64,000 nucleotides of DNA from Epiperipatus broadwayi (GCA_028023455.1 JAQFVV010000011.1:3224001-3288000), one strand, 5' to 3'; shown: positions 24,954 through 39,190, counted from the stretch's first letter. A program made the numbers and translations. The notes: generated from the sequence alone by a model not told the origin.

Positions 24954-25757
24954 CACATGATCACCATTCTTGTTGCTTATATAAGCTATTTACACAAAGA
25001 CAAAACTCTCCATAGAGTAGCACCACTCAATGCAAGCCAGAATAATCAATGGATGCAGGAAGGTTTTTGCATAAAATACCTATCCAGTGCCTACTCATCC
25101 ATATTCCCAGACTAGTTTCTAGCTTGTGTCTTTCATCAGTGAAGAGCCTTGGATCTGAGAGCACTGCACCTAGATCTTAGGATCCAATGCAACCTTCCAG
25201 CAGCTACCTTTTGCCTTATTAGCTAACTATAAAGCTTTGAGTCCAAAATGAAAACAATAATGTTTTCAATTTAATCTCATTAGCTTATATAGTCATATAG
25301 ATCTGAACTCAGTTCAGCATCCATAGGTGTTTTTGGTACTTTAGTAATCACTGTGACCATAATCCTATTGGGCAGAAATGGTATTAAACCATTAAACATC
25401 ATACGATCACAATTCTTTATGCTTACATAAGCTGTTTACACAGAGGTAAAACTCTCCATACAGTATCACCACTCAGTGCAAGCCAGAGTAATCAATGGAT
25501 GCAGGAAGATTTGTGCATAAAATTCCTATCCAGTGTCTACTCATCTAATAAGATAAAAGGTGGCTGGTGGAAAATTGCATTGAATCCTAAGATCTAGGTG
25601 CAGTGCTTTCAGATCCAAAGCTCCTCACTGATAGTCTGGGGATATTGGATGAATCAGCTCTGGATATGGATTTTATACAAAAACCTTCCTTATTCATTGA
25701 TTATTCTGGCCTGCCCTGAGTGGTGCTAGTTTATGCAGAGTTTTGCCTCTGTGTAAC
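24954..25757. mobile_element. Family A 1.3-mer (446-bp period) plus inverted segment
   Basis: AAAACTCTC at 25002 and 25448. Minus-strand hammerhead at 25104-25145. The inverted copy from about 25547 has lost helix II and GAAA (CTCCTCACTGAT/AGTCTGGGG). Confidence 0.88.
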
Positions 25758-26129
25758 ATTTTGGAATTTATACTTTTATTTAAAAGAACAGATAAGCCAT
25801 TCCCCTTCAATAAAAAAATTAATTAAAATTCTTAAACTGCTTTATATTTTAATTATATTTTTTACTCTTCTACTTTTTTCTTTTATTTTAACTTGAGATT
25901 CAGATACTGAATTTTATTTTTATTTTTCTTTACTTCCGACTGACTTTTGATCTATTCTAAAATCTATTTATTTTATTTATTAAATTAACAATGTTTTCAT
26001 TAATAAATAAATAATACAGTATATTACTTTTGTTTTCCTAAATATTCTTATGTAAGGTGTATATTTACATATCTGTTATATTAATAAACTATTTTATTAA
26101 TAAATTAGAACAATTAGTTAAGCTTAACA

Positions 26130-26213
26130 ACAATGAAGCCTATTTATTACAGTTATATTTATTTAAATAAACAATGAAGTCTATTTATTACGAAGTTATA
26201 TTTATTTAAATAA
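26130..26213. repeat. About 42-bp tandem duplication
   Basis: ACAATGAAG(C/T)CTATTTATTAC(GA)AGTTATATTTATTTAAATAA occurs twice. Confidence 0.85.
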
Positions 26214-26670
26214 TTTTTTTTTAAAAAGTATTACATATTATATTTAACCCTTATGCTCTAAATATACAGTTACAATATATATTAAACAAATTGATGAAAC
26301 TAGCTCTCTGTGTGTTCTAAATTTTAACACTATGTATACATGAATATGAATCAATAACATACCTTTCATACTGCGGTAATATATATAATATGGAACATTG
26401 TAAATATTGACTAGATAAGAAAACATAAGAAGTCAAGGTAATCACAAAGCTACCCATTTAAAAATAACGTCTCATTGGAGTGTATTCTCCTTAAAATTTG
26501 TAGTGCACTGCTTTGCATAGTGGTAGAGTGATAGTTTCCAAAATTTTAATTATTTGAAGCTATGCTTTATTAATGAATATATGGAAAAAAGTTTTTGGAA
26601 GATTTGTGCATTCATTCTAAAACAGTTTATATTCTCCAATATAAAATGAAACCTTTTATATTTGACTATT

Positions 26671-27330
26671 TTATTATCATCATCATTTTTATCCAATATC
26701 AATCCACTGCACGATGAAGGTTTTTCCAAGTTCATTATATTTCTTTGATCTCTAGCCTCTATTCTCCGCATTACCTCAGCATACTTCCTTATTTCATACA
26801 TCTATCTCACATTTGAACTCTTTCTAAGTCTTTTACAATCTCTTGAAATCCAGTTTACAATTTCAACTATCCATCTACTGTCATCCATGTGTCCAGCCCA
26901 ACTCCACTTCAATCTCTTAATTCTTTTAATAATGTCAGTAACACTTGTTTATTTTCCCACCCAAGTTTTTTGATTTCAATCTCTTCTTGTTACTCTTAAT
27001 ATACATCTCTCCATACTTTGTTGAATGGTCTGAAGTCTCTGTATTGCTCTTCTGTTTAGTGTCTAAGTCATAATACTTATGTAAGAACTGGTAACACACA
27101 TTAATTAAAAACTTTTTTTTTCAAACCCATAAACATACTTCATTTTAATATTAAATAATTTCTACCATAAGTATTCCAACAAAGTTTAATTCTATGATTA
27201 ATATCATCCATTGTTTCCATCAGTAGTAGTAATATGGACAAGATACTTGTAGTTGTTAACTACTTTTAACTCATCAATATCGATCTTTATTTTCTTGTTT
27301 TGAGAAAATCCATTGACCATTTGCTTCTGT
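26671..27330 (-). mobile_element. RTE-clade LINE 3' fragment
   Basis: The minus strand gives VVNNYKYL...LQTIQQSMERCIL...IKRLKWSWAGH...AFIVQW, ending in a TGATGATGAT tail. Confidence 0.85.
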
Positions 27331-27519
27331 TTATTTCTCTTTAAGAATTTTTTTTTTTTAGGTAATTTGATTTTTTGAATGAAAGTTGTAAAAATTGGAA
27401 AGTAGAAAATAACCTTTGATTCATTTCAAAAATATAACTAAAAAAAAAAAATCTAAAGAATAAAAAGCAATATATGTTGCAATGTGTTGACTTTAAATGA
27501 TACCAATAAAATTTAAGGT

Positions 27520-27935
27520 TCAATTTGTAGAGGTCCCTACTATCGCATTTTTACATGCACATTCTTGAGGTTACAGCTTTAGTAAATATTACTTACATAA
27601 TTAATGTGCATTTAAATAAATTTATAAGTACAACTTTAAATTATCGTAATATATTTCTAATTATAAGATCTTTCCATTGACTCATAAATCAAAAGATTTC
27701 ATGAGTATTAATGTGTAATAAGAAATGTGGACTTAATCAGTGAAGTATTGAATAGCTTCATGCTCTCAGTTCTAACCACTTCAACCTCACCTATTTATAT
27801 AGAAAGTATGTTGAAGTAAAAAAGGGGTTCCCCCTTTTCTTCCTAAATATAAGCTTGTGGTTAAGACCTGTAGAAGTCCCTATTATCGCATTTTTATGCA
27901 CACATTCTTGAGGTTACAGCCTTAATAAATATTAT
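27520..27935 (+). repeat. Two Family E fragments about 343 bp apart
   Basis: GTAGA(G/A)GTCCCTA(C/T)TATCGCATTTTTA...GAGGTTACAGC at 27527 and 27870. The tail AATAAATTTATAAGTACAACTTTAAAT is shared with 39005-39190. Confidence 0.7.
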
Positions 27936-29140
27936 TTTCAATTTATATTAAATTTTCAAATTTATATGCACATTACAGTATTTAAAAGTTAAATACAGGA
28001 ATAAATTTAATATATTTTTGTACTTATAATTTTGATTATGTATTATATTTCTTCTGTTTAAATGGTAGTCTTGGATATTAATTTTATTCTAGAAAAAGGA
28101 TCTAGAGTTGATTATTTTTAAATATATATATTTCAAATGGTTGTTACACAATTTGAGTTTCTGTATCCAATTACATTCATTGTAGCAGATTCTACTGTAA
28201 AATATTAATAATTATCTCAAAGTATTTTCAAAGGTCACTGTCAATCAATTCCATAGATACAACATCAGTTAAGAGATCCTCATCACAATACTTATCCTTA
28301 TTTCAATAATTTCAAATATAGGAAATGGAGAATTTGTCACATTGTGGTTTGTTGAAGAATTTAGTACTAAGAATTTATTTCATATTTCTGTAATTCTGCT
28401 TATATAAAATCAAAAGATGTTATAGTTGCCAGATAGAGAATAAATCATAAAGCCATCACTCAAGAGCCACAGCATATGAGAAAAATTCTAATATTTCACA
28501 ATTTTATAATTAATAGTGATTGGAAATATTATTGCTTATTATATCATGATACTGAAAAATTTCAACAAGTACTGAGTAAATCTTAGTAATACATAGCAAT
28601 GTTGCAGATAATATCATCAAAAGGCAAAGGAATATCACAATCATTGACTTCATGCCATACAGTTTATCAATGTTATTGACTGACTAATGATATATTGCAT
28701 TCATAAATTATATGAAATATGCAATCAATAATGACAATTAACACAGGTCTGGGTTTGATCTAGACACATTAATTTTTAAATCTTCAACAAATTTTTAAAA
28801 TGTACATTAGATTAAAAATGAATTGGTGGTACCTATTAAAAACTAAATGATTTTACTTTTCATCATCTCAATTTGGTAGATTTTATTGGCATATTTAATA
28901 AAAATTAATTGCTAGTCTACATGTTAATAAAATCTGTGACATATACTATTAGTGTAAGTAAACAAAAAAATAACACATTAAAATTTGTAATTTTAATACA
29001 TTTTATGATAAAGCATCAGCCATTTTTTCTCTTGAACTTTGTTATTAATATTTCCATGGTTACACTGAAATCACATACATTTTATTCTTCATTAAGGTCT
29101 GGTCTGCTAACATAAAGTATTTCATGTAATAAAATGTTTT

Positions 29141-29540
29141 CACATGATAACCAAATCCTATGTTTACACAAGATGTTAAAACAGTATCACACCCTCCATA
29201 TAGTAGCGCCACCCAGTGCAAGCCATAATAATCAATGGATGCAAGAAAGTTTGTGCATAAAATCCCTACCTAGTGCCTATTCATCCAATATTTTCAAAGT
29301 AGATTTTAGCTTATGACTTTCATTATTGAAGGGTCTTGATCTGAAAGCACTGATTTATAGTTAGTTAAATAGGTAAAAAGTAACTGCTGGAGAGTTGCAT
29401 TAGATCTGAAGATCCAAGTACATTCCTCTAGGATGCAAAGCTCCTCACTGATGAAATCCTCAAGCTAGAAACTAATTTGGGAATATTGAATAAGTAGGTA
29501 CTAGATAAAGTGTGGCAGTAGTGTATGGAGAGTTTGCTAT
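29141..29540. mobile_element. Family A tail-out fold-back insertion
   Basis: The left end is exactly at CACATG and the right end is at GAGAGTTTGCTAT. Perfect 14-bp TSD TAATAAAATGTTTT at 29127-29140 and 29541-29554. Plus-strand hammerhead motif at 29442-29482. Confidence 0.9.
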
Positions 29541-29690
29541 TAATAAAATGTTTTCCAAGTGTAATGCTGGAAGCTTTTTGAAATGTAAGAAAATCTGTAA
29601 AGTATTTTAAGTAATAAAACAAAAGTTAACAGTATAGCAATGACAAAAAAAGGGTAAAATTCTGTACCATATCAGAAAGCCTAAAATTTG

Positions 29691-30290
29691 GCTGAAGGTT
29701 TGTGATGATAGATGTGATATGTTGGACTATTTTCATAATCTATGAGTGAATGTTGAATGTATAGAAAATTTTAAGCTTTATTTAAACATTCCAAATACAA
29801 ACAACTTGTTAGTAATAACGCACAAATAAACAACACAGGTTGATAATTACACAATGTTTTGAGTATTATTGTTCTCCGCTCTTCTTCAGGTGTTGCTGGC
29901 ATGATGCACACAGTGACAGTATTCGCATAGAAGTTGAATTCACATTTTTAAAATTTAAAATATCAAATTTAAGGTAAATGCTCTAACCAACTCCAACTGA
30001 GGCCTTTGCAGAATAACTCAGTTGGTTAGAGTGTTTGCCTTAAATTTGATATTCAAGAATCTAAAGGTGCGAGTTAAACTTCTACACGAATACTGTCACT
30101 GTGCATAACAGGCCAGTTACACTTGAAAAAGAGTTGTGAATAATACTACTCAAAACATTGTGTAATTACTAACCTGTCTTGTTTATTTGTGTTATTACTA
30201 AAACGTTGTTTGTATTTAGAAAGTTTAAAGTTTTCTATATATTCAACATTCATTCATAGATGATGGAAATAGTCCAACATATCACATCTA
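29691..30290. mobile_element. Family C head-to-head inverted pair with tRNA-like heads and hammerheads
   Basis: The plus copy has A-box TAACTCAGTTGGTTAGAG (about 30014) and B-box-like GAGTTAAACT (about 30071). Minus-copy hammerhead at 29849-29894: AACAC CTGAAGA A GAG...CTC AAAA CA TT GTGT. Aged TSD candidates at 29676-29690 and 30292-30306 match 12/15. Confidence 0.88.
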
Positions 30291-30844
30291 AAAAGCTTAA
30301 TGTTTGTAAAAAAGTTATCTGATATCTGAAAGGGATTACTGCAAATAGAAGTGACTATGCACTCAAAAACATCAAACCAACTGAATATGCCTTATCTTCT
30401 GACAATGAAACTGCTATTACATTTCCATAGGAAAGAAAAAGTTATTGAAAAAAAAAAGATATCCAGAGCTTGTTTAATTGCAATAGAACTGGGTTGTGTT
30501 AATACCTGTATGGTTTGAGAAGATCAAAATTTGATGATTTGTTCTTTATTTTATTAAAAGAATTATGTTACAATTTTTTTTTCAGTGTATGTAAGTGAGT
30601 GAAGACATACATAATAAATATATATTGTATATAAATGTATTACTCAATTTAGTATTAATAATTTTATTTTTAAAAATTTATTTATATTATAATCTTAATT
30701 TATGTGTGCACAATATATATATATAAAGTATGTTATAAACATGTGTGTGCATGTTAACAAGTATATACTCTTAAAATGTAATAAACAATAATTATTGTAT
30801 TGAAATGAAAAACTTAAACAAATATGAACTACTATCCATGATGT

Positions 30845-31150
30845 ATATAGTAGCAAACTCTTCAGACAGTAGTGCCACCTGGTGCGAGATATAATCATCA
30901 ATGTATGCTAGGTTTGCATAAAATCCCTATCTAGTGTCTACTCATTCCCAAACTAGTTTCTAACTTGTGTTTTTCATCAGTGAGGATATTGGATGAGTAG
31001 ACACTAGATACAGATTTTACACACAAACCTTCTAGTATCCATTGATTACTATAGTGCACTGGGTGATACTACTGTCTGAAAAGTTTGCTAATGTTTTAAC
31101 AGCCTGTGTAAGCATAGAAAATCATGATCATGTGAAGTTTTAGTGGTTTC
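30845..31150. mobile_element. Family A fold-back whose junction is hammerhead helix I
   Basis: The antisense copy runs through the hammerhead to TGAGGA (30981-30986), then switches to the sense strand TATTGGATGAG... and ends GATCATGTGAAGTTTTAGTGG. Confidence 0.85.
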
Positions 31151-31559
31151 ATAACAAAATATAATGGATAGTACTCTTCAATTGTAATGATCTTCTCAAA
31201 TTTTCTTTTATTTGCTGGATTATATATATCAATGAGCTATAAATGTGCTCCTAAAACTCTAACATGCCAAATGATATTAGATTAAGATGTAATAATCAAT
31301 TATTATATGCATTAACCTTAACTACAAATTAAAATTAAAAAACATTAACAAATTATTCAAAATGGCCTTAACAAATTATTTGTTTTCTGTTATATAATTC
31401 CAATATCTTTTCTGACTCTTGTTTAAACTTTGGGAACTTAATCACTGATCCCAAAAATTTATTGACTAATCCTAGAGAAGGGGGAGGGTAACCTACTTAT
31501 AGTCAGTTGTCATACACTTGATTTGGGTTATGATAATGATGACTTAGTTCCAACATAAG

Positions 31560-31800
31560 CCATATCATAGATTTTGAAAATCCTGCAGTCAATCGAAAAG
31601 ATAAATATAAGGATACTTGCCCATAATATATCGGAACTCTGTCATTTGAAACATAAATAATAAAGTTAAGATTGCCTGGTTTGGGTCACATCATGATATA
31701 ATCTAATCATGGGAAAAGTATATAACGCTGGGAAAGACTGATAGTAAAAAAAATAAAACGTTCATCAATATAGTGACTGAATGATGCCTTCACAACGTCT
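31560..31800 (+). mobile_element. Degenerate RTE LINE C-terminal remnant
   Basis: GLGHIM..., EKYITLGKTDSKK... resembles the RTE consensus YFGHIMR...LEK.IMLGK.EGKR. Confidence 0.5.
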
Positions 31801-34800
31801 TTGAGTAGCCTAAAAAAATAAATATATCATTTCAAAAAATTACTATTTACGTAATTGCCAAAAACATATCAATTTCATTCATTAATCATAATACAACATA
31901 AGTTTTCAACATCATGACGCAGTAATTAAAGTGTCACGTGTAAATAAAATAAAACGTAGTTAACTTAGAGATTAGTCCTTCCTGGCGAGTGAAAGCATCT
32001 TATTTATTTTCTATCAAAGAGGAAGGATAGCGTGAGGTGGGGATGGGGCTGAATGATAATTTTTTTTTACAATGACCGAATTATTTGATAAGAAAAAAAA
32101 TATTAATGCTTTTTTTTCTATAAATCTGTCTGCTAAAAAAAAAATTTCAGAATTTTACATAAAATTAAGTTGTTGTTTTTTTTTTAAAAAAAAAATTAAA
32201 GCAAAACAATTTTAATTCTGAGAATCTTCTTTTTCATGCATGACTGTCATAATCTGCCTCCAAAATACTTAATCTCATCAATTTGAGTGGAGCTTCTTCA
32301 AATGTTCAATTATTAGCCTAACAGCTGGAAACTCAAGACTTGCCTGCTAACATTTCCCATCACAATTTACTAAAAATTCATTCCACAATTTCTCAAATTA
32401 CATGTACTTCGCAAAATCTTGTTTTATTAAACTTTAATACCAGCTTAAAGAATATAACAAGTAAATTATGCTTTTGTCTACTTCAAGCTTGCAGAAATCA
32501 TGCATAGATTTAAAAAAAAAATAATTAATTAAAATATTATGTTTATATATATAATTTATCTAAAAAAAATTGCATTTTATCAAAAGAATTTATTAAAAAA
32601 CAATGGATTAAATATAACAAAATTTATATAAAAGAACAAATCAATACATAGCTTTAGTAAAGAAATAATTAGGAATACTGTATATAATATTTTGTTGTAT
32701 GTGTGTAAATATATATTAACATTCACATACACAAATTGTTTTTTTTATTTACGAGACAGACTACAAATCTTTATTAATGAAATGCTTTTAAATTTGGAGA
32801 TAAAGAAAATTAGTACAGATTCAAATGAAATTTGATAAGAAAGATAAACATATATAATAATCATGTTTAACTGAAGCATGTGTTTATATATATATATAAC
32901 ACTAATAATGTCAAGATCAATTATATGTAAAAAAAAAAAACCTAGCATATTCCAGTAGAAAAAGGTTTTTTTTTCTAATAATAATGGTTGTTTATATAAA
33001 AACATTAAAAAAATAATCCCCGCGCAGGGCAATAAGCATAAAAATATAATATAATCATCTCTGGCCTAATAAATAATTTGTAGTACTCATTAATGTATTT
33101 ATCCAAAGAGGATGATATCAAAAATGTGACTGCAGAAAATTGATACTCGTAGATTAAATTGTAGTAATTTAATAAAGAATGTCCAAAAAGTAGGAATACT
33201 AAACCAAAGCATCATATAATTTTTATCTTGCACTTAACACTCACAATTAATGACAACAATACATTTTACATATCTATAATCTACATTATTTATGCCCTAA
33301 TAAGTAATGAAAAGCCACAAGACGGTAAATGAAAAACACTGGGCTCTGTATATGCATACTATTTTCACTTTTATTTCTATTGTACTAGGCAAGCCAATGA
33401 TTTGAAAGTTTCAATACCCTAAAGTTTGAACCCAAGTCAATCTCTTTGACTAGCAATATAAGTCTGGCACTAGATTGGCAACTATAAATATTTGAAAGAT
33501 TTGCCATTTATATGCTAATAATACACAATTTTAACAATTTGATAAAAGGGTGGTATATAAATCAAAGTAAATGCACCATACAAATCTTTTAGCTTATTTT
33601 TAACACTTAATCTGGAAGCATTAATCTGCTCCTATATTTTATTTTAGAGCTATTTATGTAAGCATGGATATTTAATGGAGATCAAATAATAATGCCAACA
33701 GATATCAAAATTAGTTCTGGCCTTCCATCTAGTGTTTGCTGGCTATGTATTTTCAAGTAAGTAGCTTTCAAACCGATTGATATAGAGTGGATTATTGCAG
33801 TTATAATAAAAAGAAACTGTCTTAAAAGTGGACAAATTTAAGTTTTTGTATTACATCAAAATAAATAATATTCTCTACATCATCACTATTAACATTACAA
33901 TGCTTGTTACATTGTGATAATTTTTATATGCCTTATGCACACAACTGCACTACTATTTACTTAGACTTGCCATTCTACTTTATCTTCAAGCATTTAGTAC
34001 CCTCAGAATCTTTCCTGATTCCCCAAAATATAAAAATCATTAGTTTCCAAATCTGAACTATATAAAGAATGATCATATATTTTAAAAACATATAAAATAC
34101 TAAATCAATGAATTAGAGCTTTAATCATCCTTTGTATAATACATAATTGGAAATTTTTCATTTAGACATATACACTTTAAATAAAATTTTTAGAGATAAT
34201 GATGGTGTAAAAGCAATGATAAAGATGTGATTAAACAAACTATTACCTTTAGAAGCCAGACAAAGTTGGTAATATTAATATAATAATCATGTTACATTAA
34301 TAAATTTAATTTTTTTACATACTTTTGGATAACTCTCATATTTTCTTGCAAGAGGCATACGACAGAATAACAAAACTTTAAATGTGGTCATATAATTGAT
34401 ATCCTGGGTAGTTTTATGTTCAGATAGTTTTATATTCATCATGCTAATATCATATAAAATTTACATATCTTAGTAGAAGAGCAGTTTTGTGGAGAGAAAG
34501 CAATGCAAAGTTTAGTGAAGTGGTAAATGAAAGAGTTGAAAAACTAAAGGTCCAGAAATTTCAGCTCATCTTTGTCATTTTCAATGCTCAAATATCATAT
34601 TGCCTCTCAAGCAAAAATTGTGGATGGAGGACAAAGTTTTGGATTCATTTTTTAATAAGAAAAAACATGGAGAGGCAAATCTCAATCTTCCAAAACATTT
34701 TTGGGATATCTTTGGCTGATTTAACTATAGTCTGAATTCAATTTTAGACAGAAAAAGATGTGTATAATGACATCTTACTTAATAGTAATAATATCTTGGA

Positions 34801-37800
34801 CCATTTCTGTTATTTCACTGAAATTGTTAAAAGTTTCTAGAAAAATGCAAATGTTATTTATACTTTCTAAATATATTCAAAATGAGTAATAATACTGGAC
34901 AAATATTACACTATATAGACTTTGATAAATTACCTTAATTGATTAGAATAATAATCTTAAATTTAATATTTTTGAATTTAATGATCACTAGTTTAATTCC
35001 AATTGTAACTGCTACTGGGAAAGTCAGATGTACCTGAAAAAGAGAGTTCTCATTTCCAGAAGTCTATATTGAAATGGTCAGTTTCACCCATCTGCCCCTT
35101 TTACTTATCTTCCCCCCCCCCCTACCCATAACCCGGGCTAAAACCCCCGTAAGAAACCCACTAAATAAATAAAAATAAAATTATAAAAATAAAAAAAAAA
35201 ATAAGAAGGGTATGTCTGTGATTTAATAGCATAGGTATAGATTACGGATATGTATCTATTTTATAAATATTTCTAATTTAAGAAATATTTTAGTTTAAAT
35301 TATTGTTATGTTATTGGTATATATTACAGATATGTATATTCATTTTATAAATATTTCTAGTTTAAGAAATATTTTAGTTAAATTATTTAGCCAATTTTAT
35401 TGTTGTATTATTGAAATTGCATACATATATTTCCTGTTATTCTGCATGTATGGTTATAAAATTAGTTCTCTACTAATTAACAAGCAACTTTTATTTGTTA
35501 CTGGTAAACAAATGTTAAAGTAGGTCATGCATTGGTCCTAAAATAGCATGAACTTGATTTTGTAAATATAAAATGTTAATAACAGAATTAGCAAAAAAAT
35601 AAAATCTCAATTGGTTGTCATAATTAAAAATGTTTTTCTAAAATAAATAAAGGGATTTTTCTACTAGTAGTAGCTATTAAATATGTTTTGCTAAAATAAA
35701 TAAATGGACTTTTCAGCTATGTACAAGCTCGTAAAAATTAACAGGTGGCCAGAGTTTGAAAAGTATAAATACTAAAAGTTTTTTCACCAAGCTTGGATCA
35801 TATATATAATAAGTGAGTTGTAAGCAGTACCTATGCCCATTTTACCTTCAAAATGGTTGAGTAGAATGGCAATAACTCACCCCTCTCCTTGATCAGAAAT
35901 GGAAGAACTTTGGTCCAATAAAACTTAATGCCATACACCAGCAAAGACACCCATGGAAGTCTCCATTAACTTTAAATCATTGCCAAAAGTGTCAACTTAT
36001 TATCCTCCCAAGTGCTCCAAAACTAACTGCAATGAAAACAACTGAATGGTAAATTTTCTCTCAGAGCTCTGTTTATAAACTGTGACTTTCGATTCTTTCT
36101 TTTAAAAGCTAACTACTTATTAAATCTGCCTTTCCAAACACCTTTTCCAAAAGTCTACAAAGAAAGCTATAAAATGTTAATGTTTAAATCTTGTCTGAAT
36201 GTAAAACTTATAATATTGAATTCTCTGTTAAAGTGCAAAACTCTAATCTATTTTAAACTAAATGTATAATTTTCTGCGGTCTTTTTATGCCCATTTCTAA
36301 ATCTATTCAGTTTATTCTACGATTTTATCATTTTAATATTATATGTATTTGATATGCCAAATGACTCGAAACCATGAGTATTTATAAATATAATTTTAGC
36401 TTATCGATCTGCGAAGACAATTTCAAATCTTCACTATAATAAATATTAATAATTGAATTATTATTTTTCATTCTCAATCGCTGTTTTGAGATCATATTAT
36501 TATTTTACTGATTAAGTTTTGGGTATTAATATAACAATAATCAGTTATCTAGTTAAAATTGTAGTTTGCTTAATTCTAGTTATGGATTATAACTATTTAT
36601 ATATGTAACTTATACATCATAGGAACTAGCCACAGAGATATTCTCAAAACATATTTTAATGTTTTATTCATAATTATCCCGCAAATATGCTTTATCCTCC
36701 TTAGATTTATATATGTAGAGATGCAGGCGATAATATTAAACTAGGTTACTAATTAAGTTAGTCCCTAAATAGTATATTTAAAATACTAAATTTGAGAACT
36801 GGATTGTATAAATATGCAAATAGACACTATCTAATTTTAAGGCACGATAATATAACTTTAGGTATTTGCATTATATATAAGTTGCGGATGTGTCCTTACA
36901 AAGTACAAAATGTACAATTATCTGCTTGCTGCATGTTTATTGATGAGTTGTTGGCAGAGGTCACTCTCATCCACTTTAGTTTGGGTAAAGCACACACTTT
37001 TAAAACTAGGGCACAAGGACCTAGATGATTCATAATTAATACTTATCTGACTCCCTGAACTACTAATGTTCCTATTTGTAGCAAATTGAGTGGTTTTAGG
37101 GCAAACCAAGCATTCAATGCTGAAGCCGAGGAATAATGACCCATCCGCACCTTTTAGCTTTATTAATATTTTAATATGTGCAATAGAGTATATAGGTAAA
37201 CCTATTATAAACCAGTTTTCTCTCCTTTTATATTAAATGCTTATCTAGCATCAGTGTATACCCTAATCTAGGTTAACACATTAACCTGCATATCTCTGAG
37301 CTTAATTATATGCTCGACTTAACTTTGTATAGATAGATGCCACAGGAGCATTATCAAGTTAGTTATATAACTTTGGCTATTAAGTTCCATATGATCTAGC
37401 AGACTACATGAGAGCTAGAAATTTGGCATATTAATATAGGCATAAACTCCAATACCACACTACACTTATTAAACATTTATAATGAGATAAGTAACATTAA
37501 TCTCATTAGTTATATAACACCTGCGATGTAATATCTCACATTCCCATCACATAATTTTGTATATTTTGATTTATTATTTTTATTGTTTTATTAAATTAAT
37601 AATATTTAAAATCATAACTCGTTTTCATAATTTTATTATCTGCGAGTTCATTTTATCCAACTCTAGATTTAATTGCATATACATCATTTTATCCATATGT
37701 AGGTCACTTTATTAAATTTCATAATCCATCATTGATGTTTTAATTAATCACTTAGTCATATGTGTGTATATCTGACCAAATCAGTGCTAAATTAGTTAAT

Positions 37801-39004
37801 TTATGAGTTTTTTGTTTTATGCTGAGTGACTGCCGGACCAAGGTTAAATTGAATGTCTGTGTAAGTTGAAAAGTGTCATCCATAGGATATTAGATCATTG
37901 AGCAGAGGTGAAAGGATTGAATGTTGGTTGGATTCTGGATCCCGGTATCCATACTTGATCAGCTTTAGTGTAATTTGCCTGTTTTCTAGATTTTGTTACG
38001 TGGAGAGACAATTATTACCATTACAATATATATATATTTAAATTTAATGCAATCAGTCTGACAGTTTTACCTTGATTCTTGGCTTGGGACAGTTGACTGT
38101 TCTGGATATTATGCTTTCTAATTAAGTAATTATAATATTAAAATTAATATATTTAAATTTTGAGCATACTTGTTTTACTGGGATATCTATATATATATGG
38201 TTGAAATTTATTACATTTATATTAATGAATGTTTTCATAATTATATATATAATATCAAGATATACTGAGAAAAACACACACACAAATGAAAAACTATTAT
38301 CAGAAATTAAAATGCTAGGAATGTTTCTTTACTGTAATGAGTGGTTTCTGCAATTTAAATTTGAATAACTTTGAAGTTTCTTTGTTTTAAAAATGTATAC
38401 TTGTTAGTCTATGATTTCTCCAAGATTGCTATAATTTAGAAATTAAGGATTTGAATATATCATGCTATAACAAATTTGTTATTTTTATGTTTTTAAAGTC
38501 TCTACTTTCTGTTCAATATTCTATATTTCCCAGATGTTATCAAGTCACAATTAAATTTTCATATTCTTTGACACAGTTTCTTCCAAATACCTATGCAGTT
38601 CCAATATATTCTACTTCACTTGACATTGTAATAATTATACAATTATTTTCACAGATTATTCTGCCAATATAAGAATGTGTTCTCAAATTTCTTCACACTG
38701 CCATATAACATATAGCAGTGGTCTTCAATGACCAGTCCACAGACCAGCGCCGGACCGCAGAAGTTTTCTGCCAGTCCACACTAGACTGGCAAGAAAGTTT
38801 GCAATAACAAAATAATAAGATTTTAAACTTTTAATTAATATAAACAATTTTTATTTATTTTTTCATCACATTTTTACCTGATTAAAAAAAAAGAAACAGA
38901 ACAAAAACAAAATCTAATCAATCACACATAAATTAATTTGTTTTTCTATTTATCATAGATGTTTAGGGAGGGGGGTAGAATTAAATTTTTTATTATTTTT
39001 CTAA

Positions 39005-39190
39005 TAGTTTTAACAAGGCTGTAAACCTTAGCAATGAGCGTCTGCTCATAGCGTAAGCATGTGTTTTAAAGACCTACAGAGGTCCCTAGTGATGATTTTT
39101 TCAGACGCTCATTGCTAAGGTTTACAGCCTTGTTAAAACTATTACTGAAATAATAGTGAGCGTTTAATAAATTTATAATTACAACTTTAA
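39005..39190. mobile_element. Family E fold-back insertion nested in the MITE
   Basis: 40-bp perfect arms at 39005-39044 and 39102-39141, followed by a 49-nt unpaired tail. 13-bp TSD ATTATTTTTCTAA at 38992 and 39191. The sister MITE shows a single copy of this site near 60216. Confidence 0.88.

Noticed and set aside
28200-28700. L2/CR1-like LINE tail on the minus strand
   Set aside because: Suggestive fragments (MYY..LLS.C, LWN.L) but too decayed to place with confidence.
33648-33756. Exon with a hydrophobic signal-peptide-like frame ending at GTAAGT
   Set aside because: An in-frame stop precedes the hydrophobic stretch and there is no usable ATG or acceptor.
35800-36050. Tc1/mariner DDD fragment (CWCMALSFIGPKFF)
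   Set aside because: A single short motif with no flanking support.
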